A DNA stretch of 64,000 nucleotides. Source: Octopus sinensis. Taxonomy: Eukaryota. Under the pieces are notes generated by a model. It was not told where the DNA came from and did not search any database. It worked only from the letters and a program-made list of their open reading frames with translations. The number at the start of each line of letters is the position of its first letter. The first letter of the stretch is position 1. The DNA lies in assembly GCF_006345805.1 (NCBI RefSeq), contig NC_043003.1, forward strand, positions 108,438,001 to 108,502,000, written 5' to 3'. Both the position numbers and the translations under genes were made by a program. This document shows, in pieces, positions 1 to 12,560 of this stretch.

Positions 1-1462
1 TGATACAATACATTCAGAATCTCCTGCAATATCCTCTCGCTGCTGCAGAGCATAAGCAACTGGTATGTTAGCTTGCAGAGGAACAGATGTGCCATCAGTG
101 GGTTCTTCGAATCCAGACCCTTCAATAATTAAGCTCTGCCCATCAGCAACTGGCACACCCTCCCCTGATTCGCCTTGTATGATCACAAATGTAACTTCCT
201 CAGGCAGCAATGAGGGATCAAACTCGCCGACATACTGAACATACACATTGGACTCGGAACCAACGCTACTTACTGCCATTAATTCAGTGGCCCCAATGGA
301 AGTAGGGATGTTAGTGGGAGAACTACTCACACTGTTTGAAGCCTTGCTTGAACAAGCAAGCTGAGTCGAGTCAGACGCGCATAGTAATGAATTTGAAACT
401 GGACTGTCTTTACGTTCAGTGTCGGATTGGATTTCTTCGCTCCCGGCTGCAGGAAGTTGATTATTTATCAATGTCTCTCCCACAACAGGAAGTGTATTTG
501 CATCAAGGAGAATCTCTTCTTGGACAACTTCTTCAGAAGTCAGCTGCTGCTCCAAAGAGGGTGGTTCAGGAATTTGCTTTGGACAAGTCTGAAGGGAAGA
601 GGAACGGCTGGGGTCAGTAGTTACCTTGATACTATCACAAGTTTTTGTTGCTTCACTTGTCGAAGAGACAGCCGGAACAACCTTAACTTCCTTCAAGAAG
701 CTGGATTCAGTCTGTGTAGCGACTGATATTCTTGGATTAAGGGATCGCTTAACACAGATAACTGAAGATGGTATAACTCGAGATTGGAATGGATTTTTAT
801 AGGACTTTATATTTGATTCTCCTTTAAGAACAGCTGACCGAGTCTCTAACCTTTTACTACAGAGACACGCCACAGACTCAGGAATTAGTGGCCCCTTTGC
901 ATTTAAAAAGCTACTAGCTGTGTTACTATTGCAGTTATGATGGTGATGGTGATGATGGTGTAGGTGATGTATGTTATTATTATTATTACTGTTAATACTA
1001 CTGCTACTATTATTACTACTACAACAATTACAAAACACTGACAGTTTGTCTTCGTTGTTACCCAAACAGAGGGCGCCTTTTAATTTCTGCCTCGGAAGGC
1101 AAAACTTCCCTGAACAGTTACATCTAGTTTGTGTCTCGCTAGATGAAGATTCAGAACAAGACGCAGCCACTGCAATACGGTTGGTGTTGGATGCAGTGGC
1201 ACTGCTATCAGTATTCTCTACAACTATTGTGAGCGCATTAGCAGCAGTGGAGCAGCAGTCGTTGCTGTGTTCAGTACTGTTCGTTGCAGCAACACACAAT
1301 GTTGGTGTTAAGTTTTTATCAGGGACCTCTGTAATGGACTCCGCGTTTAAAGTAATGTTTGGTTTATGGACATCTTTACTACTAGTAGCAGTGCTAGAAG
1401 GAGTAGTAGTGCTACAAACAGTCGCAGTAGATGATGATATAGATGTTATACAGCCAGACAAC

Positions 1463-1493
<31 letters not shown>

Positions 1494-4400
1494 TGGAAGA
1501 GGTAGGAGGAGTAGTGGGTATACATGAGTGATGATGATGATGACGACAATGATGATGTTGCAACGAAGAATTCTGCAAAGGAGATTCTGTCCCACCACCG
1601 GTTTTTGTAGACGAATTCAAAGGGACACATAAAGTAGTTTGTTTGGAAAATGCACAAGGATCTCCTGATGAGTCTGCAGACAAGGCAGCTCGACACACAT
1701 TAGTGGACCAGGCCATGTTCATATGCACAGAACTAGAAGGTAAGGAAACAAGGGATAAGACATGGGCAGCTGCATGAGCGTTATCATGAAGCGTATTGTC
1801 CTGAACTTTCAAGGGACAACCCTGAGCACAAGCATCAAAGGAAGAAATGACTGAATCGCTGACATTATCAGTATGAAGACAGCTCTTTGAAATGGATCCA
1901 GCATCAGCAGATCCGGGCTCTAATGGATTAGATACCTGATGTTGACAGCATGGACATTGAGATCTGTGCATGGCATTGGCTGGTTCAATACTAACACTAG
2001 GAACAGCTGAGCCGCAATAACAGTGTGTGCGTTTTTTGACAGGAGAAATTTGATGGCTTTTATTTACATCCACCGTAGGGTTTTTAGCCTCTTCAGGAAC
2101 ACATCTAGCATTATGGCAAGTCTGATTAACATTCTGGGCAGTATCAGCAGCATGTTGGCAGGAAACACAGGGATCAGCATCAGATCTCTTGGCAATTTGA
2201 TTTGATGAAGAATTTCCACAAGTCTTTGAAATATTATCTCTCCTGGATAAAGTACATTCTGGCAAATGAGTAGGTTCTGGATGCTGTGCATTGTTGACAG
2301 AATTTTCACTGAGTGAACTCAAGAAGTCAGTAAAATGGCGCTTAGATCTTTCTTTTGATGGAGATATCTGACAGTGTTGATCATTAGAATTATCTTTTTC
2401 AACTAAAGAAGATTTTTCATTGCCAAAGATGTCGCTAAAATGACGTTGCTTTGCAGAGTGGCTAACATCTAGCTTCTTAGATAATGAGTTGGAAGTCTCT
2501 ATATGAAGAGGTTGAGTACTGCAGAGTGAAACACTGACATCAGTTGATTGCTTGTGATTATCAACTAAATGTTCAAAGTCCAAGTGTTTGTCACTTGTTG
2601 GAGAATCAGCAGCTGGTATGTTGGGTGACTGAGACCTTTGGCTGGGCAAGCATACACCAAGCCATTCAGTTCTAACATTTTTATCATCAATGTCAAAAGG
2701 AGGTAGTGAAGTGGAAGACTCATTTTCAGAATTTACATCTGAAGATTTATTTTCAGAATCTAAATCAGATTTACTATGGAAATCACTATTGTTGTCGGTG
2801 GCAGGGGTTATGTCTGTTGCATCTTTAAGACTAGATACCAATGGAGACAAAGAAGAATTTCGAGACTGGTTTGCTAAAGAATTAGACTGAGCAATAGTTT
2901 CATTTGAGACAAGTGGTGAAATATCTGATGAAACAGCAGACGAATTTGAAGGTTCTTTTCCTGTCTGAGTTCTTTTTTTGCTATCATTAACAGAAGAATT
3001 ATCAATTTTCTCTATTGTTGTCTGTTGTTCAGATTTTTGAGTCAGATATTGATCTCCTTCAAAAACCGTATGCTTTTTGGTCTCACTCTTCGCATCATCA
3101 CTGGCAGAATCTAAAGTTGGAGGTTTGCACAATTCATTTGTAGATAAATGTTGATTCCTTGAATCTTGAGCTAGGATAGAAATAGGGTTGCTGCATTCTT
3201 GTCGGAGTTTCTTTCTCAGTAACTTTACCGAATCTGAAGTATGGAAAACGGGAAGAGATTCTGGTTCAGACTGGTCAGAGTCAGTGCAGGTCTTACTTTT
3301 ATCATCTGTGGTGAAAGAATCTTTAAGATCACAGGTAACTGAAGATAAATCACTGTCTTTCTTCAATGATAAATTTTCTTCTTTACAAAGCACAGAAGGC
3401 TGATTCTGAAAGTTACTATCACTTTTAGCTTGAGGTACAGAGATCTCAAGAGACGAGGCTGCTGCATCTTCTATATCGTTTTTTGAATGATCTTGGCTTT
3501 GATGATTTTCATGTTCAAAGCAATCTTCATCAGTTGCAGAAGTCATTGATTCAAGTACTGGCATATAACTGATATCAACAGAAGGTTTTCTTTTGCCTTC
3601 TGGAAGAGAACAGTCATTAAAAACACCACTAATTAATGCAGAGTCAACAGGGTGTACTGAGGAATTCGTCATTTCTAGGTTGTTATCAAATGGAGGAAGA
3701 TCAGCAGAAGTTCTACGAACAATCAAAGACTTGTCTTTCCCCAGTTTACATATTGATAGTGTCTCTGACATTACTTCAGATGTAGATGTAGAGGGGGTGG
3801 GTTTGCAAGAGTTATTAATTAAGCCCAACTTGTAAAAAAAGAGATCTTTAACAGAGAGTTCTGACATAAGAACATTGACAAAAGGTAGAATACGTTTTTG
3901 TTCATCAATAAAAGAAGATTTTCTTCGTTTGCGTCTGGAGAAACGACGTGGCCTTTTCGGTGTGGCTGGACGCACTACTTCTTGTCGTGTTATAGGAACA
4001 ATAGGAACCATAAGCTTTGGACGTTTAGGTGGTTTCACTACTTTCTTCTTCACAGGTTTCTTTTCAATTTTAACACATGGTCGCTTTGGACGTAGAATTT
4101 TCTGACACAAACTGCGAGTATGCTTCACTTTACAGGGGACACGAGAATGTTTCTGCAAGGCTTGGGATGTTTTAAATGTGTTACTGCAAGCTTTACACTT
4201 GAATAACTTTGGAGACTTTTGCAGTTTTAGTTCACTTTCATGTTTCCCACTAAAAATTTTCCTTTCTTTTTGCCGAGATGACTCTTCCTCTTGAGGCTCT
4301 AATTCCTCTTCCCTGTTAGGTATTTCATCCACCTCTTCAATCTGATGATGTTCTTTATGGTGGTCTTTTATATGTGGCCTTTCCACCTTATGTTCTTCCA

Positions 4401-6747
4401 TTTTACATTCCTCCGCCTTAATTTCTTTCATTTGATGTTCTTCTGGCTGCTCTCTCACTTGATACTCTTTTGCTTGAGGTTTTTCCATCTCAAGTTCTGG
4501 TTGTTGATCTTCTTGCTGAACAGCTGGCTCATGACTTTCCAGCTGAACCTCATCAGGCTGTTGACCTTTCAGTTGAACCTCATAAGGCTGTTGACCTTTC
4601 AGTTGAACCTCATAAGGCTGTTGACCTTTCAGTTGAACCTCATAAGGCTGTTGACCTTTCAGTTGAACCTCATAAGGCTGTTGACCTTTCAGCTGAACCT
4701 CATCAGGCTGTTGATCTTTCAGCTGAACCTCATAAGGCTGTTGATCTTCCACATGAGGATCTGAGTGTTGATCTTCCAGGTGAAGATCTGACTGCTGAAC
4801 TACCTCTTTATGTTCTTTCACCTTAGATATATCATCTTCAGTCATTTCGTCAGAAGCAGAGTCCAGTGATGTAACTTGAAACTCATTAGGAATTGCTTGA
4901 ATCTCCTCTACTGGTATTTCAAAGCTGATCATTTCAGAAACTGATGATTCTTTTATTAATGGTTCTGAGACGGTAGATACCAGTGCCTTATCCTGAAAAA
5001 CCTTCTTAAGGGGCTGCTCATTCTCAGTAGCAACCATATCAGTAGAGGATGATAAGCAGTCTTTTACTTCTGTCACTTCTTCAACAGGTTGAATGATACT
5101 TTCTTCAGAACTTTCTTTTTCATCAATAGTAGATTCTTCAAAAAGAACATCAGAATGCTCCTGTAACGGAAGAAGGTCTCCTTCAAAAATATATGATGGC
5201 AGTTTGTTTTCCTCTTTCAACTCAGCTGAATCCCGTGATGAAATAGTTTCGAGTAATGCAGCTGCAACTGGTGGTTTTGTGCTGGTGGTTTCATCAAGTA
5301 ATACCTCTGCAGGCATCCCGTTCTTTATGTCAAGCAGAGGGTCAGGAAGTGTCACCGAGCATGCATTGACGGGCATGAACAAGTCCAAACAAAGGTTATC
5401 TTGTGGCACAGGTGAGAGACTAGACTTGTTCAGATCCTTCCGAACGGTACACTTGCTGTTACTATTGCTTGTTTTCTGTGGGGACACAGCTGACAGGTTG
5501 ATGCTTTTTACATTCTTGGGAGACAACTTAACTTGGTTTTTCATTTTGACAGATGTGAAGAGGAGATCCTTTAGACAGGATTCAGCATTTTCATCAGAGG
5601 AAACATCTTTGTCAGGTGGTATTTCAACTTTTTCAGGAGCATCTTCACACAACTGAGTGATGACATCATTTGGAAGGTTGTCAGTTACCAAGCCTTTTGA
5701 ATCATCAGAAGGAAATTCTTCAATCTTCTCATCAACTTCATTTTCCGTGGTAGGTTGTTTAAGAAGTAGGTCCTCCAAATCTTTCATCACCTTGGCAATT
5801 TTCACCATAGAGGATTCAACATCATCTGGGACATCTTTGGGTGGTGTTTCAGTAACTGACGGCAGTGGTGCTGATGGGATCTGTTGATCCCCTTTGGGAG
5901 AACTTGTGACATTGGTCTTGAGATTAGGTCGTTCTTCAATCTCTTTCGGTATAACACGTTTCCGTTTGCGAACATTGTTCTCTTTGTTTTCTTTACTTTT
6001 ACAACATTGCTTCATAATTTCTTCACTTTTGGAAACAACAGGCGGAACCATTTCAACAGCAGTAATCTCAACAGTCTGTTCGATAGTGTTAAGATTGCTA
6101 GTATTATCAAATGTATCTGGAATGATAATCACTTCGTCTTCTCCACAAGAACCATATTGAAATGCATTCTCTTTAAAATTTGAGGGTTGGGGTTCAACAG
6201 GTTCGGTTTTTATACCTTCAGGCTGAGAAGACTGAGACTCCAATGAGAATACAGTTTGGTGACCATCTTTAATGTAAATAATTTCAGATGTTGAATCTGG
6301 AATTTGAATAGGAGCACCCATGTCTTTATGCCTTGCTGTGTATTTGTGTTTAGAAATACCCATGGATGGGCGTTTACGGCATGGCGTCCGCACATGTGTA
6401 CGCATTTCTTCAATTGACAAAAAAGTTTTCTTGCATATTCGACACCGTAAGTCTGCACTTGGAGATTTACCTGTGCCAACACCACGGCTAACTGATTTTA
6501 ATTTGTTCTCCTCGCGTTGGCAGTGTGATAAATTGTCAGCATTGACAAATACTTGCATTGTGCGTCCATCTCTGTCTTTCTTTACATTGCGAGACGAAGA
6601 ATTAAGACAAGTTTTGCTGTGCCGCCACCGAGTGATTGGATCTTCAAATATCTGCATGCAATGACGACACCAGAATAACCTAGCTGCAGGAATACTGAGG
6701 CGGTGACATGGATGGTTTGAAGAGCTCTCCATGACATAACTTGGAAC
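1..6747 (-). CDS. Giant coding exon (at least 6747 bp, at least 2249 codons, runs off the window) of a large C2HC zinc-finger, low-complexity, probably nuclear protein
   Basis: Acceptor TTTTTTTCTCTCATTTTAG ends at 6748. The frame then reads VPSYVMESSSNHPCHRLSIPAARLFWCRHC... down to ...REDIAGDSECIVS at position 1. I translated long stretches by hand and found no stop. The ORF track lists no ORF ending in this frame even though there is an ATG at 6732, consistent with no stop in the window. Zinc fingers at 6607-6675, 6379-6450 and 4132-4203. Basic clusters NVRKRKRV and KRPRRFSRRKRRK. Confidence 0.92.
4531..4740 (-). repeat. Coding minisatellite: 7 x 30 bp encoding QQP(Y/D)EVQL(K/E)(G/D/S), with degenerate flanking units
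   Basis: The unit TTGACCTTTCAGTTGAACCTCATAAGGCTG (plus strand) is repeated almost perfectly, in frame with the giant exon. Confidence 0.95.
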
Positions 6748-8658
6748 CTAAAATGAGAGAAAAAAAATTGAAATAACAAAAATAAAAAGGATGTAAATTA
6801 AAATTAATATGGTTCTATTGCTGGTGCAATGACTCTAGATAACTAAGAAGAAGCAGCCACTGCCACTCAAGTGCACACTCTCAGGTTCAATCCCACTGTA
6901 TGACACCTTGGGAAAGGGTCTTCTACGACAGCTCTGAGCTGATCAAAGTCTTGTGAGTGGATTTGGTAGACAGAAACTGAAAGAAGCCCATTGTGAGAGT
7001 GTGTGTACACACACATATAATGTATGTATGCATGTACATATGTGTACATGTATATATGTGTTTGTGTGTCCTTGTCTTAATATTGCACAATAAGTGTCAA
7101 TGAGTTTCACCATCATACAAGCAGTGGCATTTCTTACCAATCTTCCATGAAAACATATCCAACCATGGGGGGAAATATACCTTACTAGGAATTGAATGAA
7201 GGTAGTTGACAGGAAGAGCATCTCATCATAGAAAACCTATCTCAAAAAAATGCCACCCAACCCATGTGAGTATGGAAAAATGGACATTAAAACAACAATG
7301 AGAATGGCAACAAGGATGATGGTATAACTATTTGTGGTCTGTTTCAATTATGGGTAGCTTCTACAGCTCATATCTCTTTACACCCACTTGCAGTTATACA
7401 TCATGCAAACACTAATCAATGACTTTAACACATTTGATGCAAGTTAATGTTTCACATTATGCATATAATCACCGTTTTAACTGTCCGCTTTTCCAAATTT
7501 GTATCAGTGACAGACTTGCTGGATGTTCCTCCCGATATTAGCTCCCACCTCTTTCCAAGCAAGGGGCTATTTATCTTAGTCCTTCAAAACAGAATAATGG
7601 CCTGACCTTAATTTCACTGAAAATTGCAAATGAATGACATATGATGTTTGTTTACAACAAACACCCAATGTTAAGAAAGACATGAACACACACACACACA
7701 CTTGTATACACACACAAACACTCAATCATGTGCACACATACTCTCTCACATGAGTGTACATACACACACACTTAGTCATTGCTTTTGTTTACCAAATCCA
7801 CTTACAAGGTGTCCCTCACTGAGACTGAACCCAACACCTCAGAACTATACCACCATCAATATTACACAGATAATATTTACTCAATTCACTCCGAACCACA
7901 ATAATTTTGAGTCAATGAGGGAGCTTCTAAGTGGTTGCATGGCCTGCTGGTAATAATTGCTGAATCTCCTTCAAGTCACAACCTGCCATCTTAAAAAAAT
8001 CAGAGAAAATACAATGACCAATGTAACCTAACCATGGTGGTCATAGATGAAATGTTTATCAACAAGGATTTGCTAAATTAGGGTTCAACTATAGCTATTA
8101 GCAAAAGGGAGCAGGACCAAGCCTTTGAAAAATTAAGTGTTTACCAAGTGCATAACTGGCCCAAATGAAAGGATTCAAACCAGTCACTGATTGAGAGCCT
8201 ATTAGGCAGAGACATTAGTAACTCAGTTCTCTGTGACTGGATTTGAAACAGAGCTGGATTTGAATTAAAAGACTAAGATCAACATTTCTTTCAGGAAAAT
8301 GGTGTGTATTTTGAGTCCTGTCAATTTTTCATAAATTCAACAAGTTACTTGGTGACGTTGCCAGTTCTGGCACAATTCAAAAAGCATCCAGTCTACACTG
8401 TAAAATGGTTGGCATTTGAAGGGCATCCAGCTGTAAAAACCATGCCAAAATTGATCTTGCTTGTGATGGTGCCACATAAAAAGCACTCAGCCCATTCGGT
8501 GGGGTGGTTGGTGTTAGAAAGGGTATCCAGCCATAAAAACTATGCCAAAACAGACACAGAAGTATGGTACAGTCTTCTGCCAGGTCAGCTCCTATCAAAC
8601 TATCAAACCCATGCTAGCATGGAAGGAGAACATTAAATAATGATGATGATCAACCCTT

Positions 8659-10700
8659 TTGCTACCAGCCTGCCCCTGGTTATTGCTTGTTGACAGGGCT
8701 ATTAGACAAAAGAGACAGGCTTGGAAGGACTGGAAGAACGGTGGTAGCAGGGAATTGTATCAGACAGCCAGAAGGGAAGCTAGGAGACAGGTTTATTTAG
8801 CCAGAGGGGAAGCGGATAAGAAAAAATTTGCCAATGTTCTGAGCCGTGAGGATGAAAGACTTGAGGTATTTCGTGTTGCAAGACAGTGTGTGAGAGAGAA
8901 TCGTGATGTGGTAGGAGAGAAGTGTGTTCGCATGGATGATGGTTCACTTGCGCTAAATGAGGATGCAAAGAGAGAGGTTTGGAGATGCCACTATGAAAGG
9001 TTGCTGAATAAAGAAAATGAATGGGATAAAGAGAGTCTGCTGAATGTCAACCCAACAAAGGGACCAGCCATCCGAGTTGAAAATTCTTTGGTAGTTAAAG
9101 CAATTAGAAGCATGAAGACAGGGAAAGCCCCAGGCCCATCAGGAATTACTGCAGAGATGCTCAAAATATCTGGCAGTGTCGGCTATAACCTAGTCACCCG
9201 TATAGTCAACCAGGTGATACACGAAGGAGTCATACCCAATGACTGGTGTAGCAGCATACTAGTCAACTGCTACAAAGGTAAAGGTGATGCCCTAGATACA
9301 AATAATTACAGAGGTATCAAGCTGTTGGATCAGGTAATGAAGGTTACGGAGAGGGTCATAGCCCAACTAATTAGAGAGAGAGTTAGTTTAGATGAGATGC
9401 AGTTTGGGTTCGTGCCAGGGAAAAGTACCACTGATGCTATATTCCTGGTAAGGCAGCTGCAGGAGAAATACCTGGCCAAAGATAAGCCCCTGTACCTGGC
9501 TTTCGTTGACATGGAGAAAGCCTTTGATAGGGTCCCCCGATCCCTTATCTGGTGGTTAATGAGGAAACTAGGGATAGATGAATGGCTGGTGAGGGCTGTG
9601 CAAGCCATGTACAGAGATGCCGTAAGTAAGGTTAGGGTTGGCAACATGTACACAGAAGAATTCAAAGTAGAGGTTGGGGTCCATCAGGGTTCAGTACTCA
9701 GCCCATTCCTATTTATCATAGTCCTCCAGGCAATTACGGAGGAATTCAAGACAGGTTGCCCCTGGGAGCTCCTCTATGCTGACGACCTTGCTCTAATTGC
9801 TGAGTCACTATCAGAACTGGAGGAGAAGTTCCAGGTGTGGAAGGAGGGCCTAGAATCGAGGGGCCTTAGAGTCAATCTAGCTAAAACCAAAGTACTAATA
9901 TGTAGGAAGGTAGACAATCCCCAAATGTCTTCAGGAAGATGGCCCTGCTCGATCTGTAGAAAAGGTGTAGGTAGAAACTCTATAAGATGTACCCAGTGTA
10001 AGCTATGGACACATAAGAGGTGCAGCAATGTCAAAGGTAGGCTAACTGGGAAGATAGTTTTTGTATGTGGCAGATGCTCGGTAGCATTAACCTCCGAAAA
10101 TCTGCAGAAAACAACTTCCGTCACTTTCCAGGAAGAAAAACTAGAAGTAGTTGATAGCTTCCGTTATCTAGGTGACCAAGTCAGTAGTGGGGGTGGGTAC
10201 GCTGAAAGTGTAACTGCTAGAATAAGAATAGCCTGGGCAAAGTTTAGGGAGCTCTTACCTCTGCTGGTGACTAAAGGCCTCTCGCTCAGAGTAAAAGGCA
10301 GACTGTATGATGCATGTGTACGAACAGCCATGCTACATGGCAGTGAAACATGGGCCGTGACTGCTGAGGACATGCGTAAGCTTGTGAGGAATGAAGCCAG
10401 TGAGGAATGAAGCCAGTATGCTCCGGTGGATGTGTCAGTGTACACACTCGACAGAGCGTTAGTACCTTGAGAGAAATGTTGTACCTAAGAAGCATCAGTT
10501 GTGGTGTGCAAGAAATACGATTGCGCTGGTATGGTCATGTGGCGAGAATGGATGAAGATAGGTGTGTGAGAAAGTGCCAATCCCTAGAAGTTGAGGGAAC
10601 CCGTGGAAGAGGTAGACCCAGGAAAACCTGGGACGAGGTGGTGAAGCACGACCTTCAAACTTTAGGCCTCACTGAGGAAATGACCAGCGACCGAGACCTT
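8659..10700 (+). pseudogene. Frameshifted ORF2 (reverse transcriptase) of the RTE copy
   Basis: A 16-bp tandem duplication at 10384-10415 and a 5-bp deletion near 10433 (relative to the copy at about 15160-15215) break the frame. Confidence 0.88.
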
Positions 10701-11222
10701 TGGAAATATGCTGTGCGTGAAAAGACCAGGCAGGACAAGTCAGTCCAGCCTACTTATGCATGCCTTTCCTCCCTTGGACACAAAGACCTGTTGAGGCAAG
10801 CGAAGTCGATATAGAACCTCATCCGACGACAGGCACCCATGCCAACCCCCTTTGCTTGTTGGGGCAAGCGAAATCGAAATCGAATTGAACCAGCCAGGAT
10901 CCCTGGTCTGGTGGGACGTAAAAAGCACTATCCGACTCATGGCCGATGTAAACGCCGACTCGACTGGCCTCCGTGCCGGTGGCACGTAAAATACACCAAT
11001 CCGACCGTGGCCGTTGCCAGCCTCGCCTGGCACCTGTGCAGGTGGCACGTAAAAAGCACCCACTACACTCACGGAGTGGTTGGCATTAGGAAGGGCATCC
11101 AGCTGTAGAAACATTGCCAGATAAGACTGGAGTCTGGTGCAGCCTCCTGGCTTCCCAGATCCCCGGTCGAACCGTCCAACCCATGGAAAATGGACGTTAA
11201 ACGATGATGATGATGATGATGA
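8688..11222 (+). mobile_element. 5'-truncated RTE-type non-LTR retrotransposon (RT with PHD insert, 3' UTR, (GAT)n tail)
   Basis: ORF 8659-10410 carries RT motifs GKAPGPSG, NYRGIKLL, QFGFVPGKSTTDA, FVDMEKAFDRV, GVHQGSVLSP, YADD and FRYLG, then LHGSETW and RLRWYGHVARM...RGRPRKTW in the shifted frame. It ends in GGACGTTAAACGATGATGAT. No TSD found. Confidence 0.95.
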
Positions 11223-12560
11223 GTTAAATTAAAACCTTCCACTGCAATTTCGTGTTGATTTACCTTCCAAATACTAACATAATAATGGTTTCAAATTTTG
11301 GCAAAAGGCCACCAAAGTTTGAGGTGTGGGATAAGTCAATTCCATCAACCCCAGCACTTAACTGGTACTTATTTTATTGACCCTGGAAGGGTGAAAGGCA
11401 AAGTCGACCTCAGTGGATTTGAACTAAGAACATAAAGACATACAAAATGCCACAAAGCATTTTGCCTGGTGCGCTAACCATTCTGCCAGCTCACTACCTT
11501 AAAATACCAGCATAATAATGAGAAAATTATTTTAATAAATTGATTTGATTGAAACAAAAACTATTTGAATAGAAATATAGTAAAAAAAAGAGCAAAAGGG
11601 TTAAACTTCTTTTAGTTCTTTTTGATATCAATTGATAATTCAGTTGATAAACAGAATCCTATCACCAGATAAATGCCTGCATTATCTGTTCTGGCTATTT
11701 GCATTCTGAGTTAAAATACAAGTAAAGGTTAACTTTGCCTTTCATTCTTCTGGAACAGATAAATTCAAGAACTAGTCAAGTCTTTGGAGTCAATGCCCCT
11801 CCTGCTCTCTTTCTCTCTTCAGATCTGGCTACATTGCCCTGAGAGAAGGACAAGGGGGACCACTCACAGTAAACCGTTGCCACAAAGCAACTACTTACCC
11901 TCCATCACAACAGAAGAATGGATTCGCTGAAGTTCTGACAGAACAGATCACATGTTGATGATGAATTGATAAATGAAAACAACAAAATGGTGCTGGCCTG
12001 TCTTCCCACATACAAGCTAAATTATATGAACTTGGTTCATGTTGTTAGCAATGTCGAGTGAAGCTAACTTCTCCTTATGCTCAAGTAGTTCTCATTTTGT
12101 TTTTTTCTATCTTGTTTCAGTCGTTACACTGCAGCCATGCTGGGGCACCACCTTGAAGAATTTTTAGTCGAATGAATCAACACCAGTACTTTTTTTTTAG
12201 AGATTGATACTTATTCTATCAGTTTTTTTTTGCTGAACCACTAAGTCACAGGGATGTAAACAATCCAGCACCAGTTGTCAAGCAGTGGTGTGGAGAAACA
12301 CACACACACACATATTTAAACAGCAGGCTTCTTCCAACAAATCCACTCCCATGGTTTTGGTCAGCCTGAGGCTATAGTAGAAGACACTTGCTCAAGGTGA
12401 CATGTAGTGAGACTGAACCCAGAACCATGTGGTTAGAAAGCAAGCTTCTTACAACACAGCCATGCCAGTGCCTGATTGGTTAAAAAAAAACTGTGAAAAG
12501 AGTATGGGAATTATTTTACAGAAATACAGAGTAACTGAAAGAATATTTTTCACTACTTAC

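Noticed and set aside
4531-4740. CRISPR-like regularly spaced repeats
   Set aside because: Contiguous 30-bp units without unique spacers, in frame within a eukaryotic exon.
336-6664. Many plus-strand ORFs (e.g. 971-1531 poly-L/poly-D, 4345-4764, 5093-5656)
   Set aside because: Antisense shadows of the long minus-strand exon and its repeats; no independent splice or domain support.
8659-10410. 583-aa ORF as a domesticated host gene
   Set aside because: 5'-truncated, lacks the endonuclease, is frameshifted, has a LINE tail, and has several decayed sibling copies in the window.
11899-11990. Possible extra exon ending at donor GAGG|GTAAGT (11898); similar isolated signals at 26750 and 16616-16643
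   Set aside because: No phase-compatible open frame between the start exon and the giant exon; the 26750 donor lies in repeat-like sequence. They could be UTR or cryptic exons but are unsupported.
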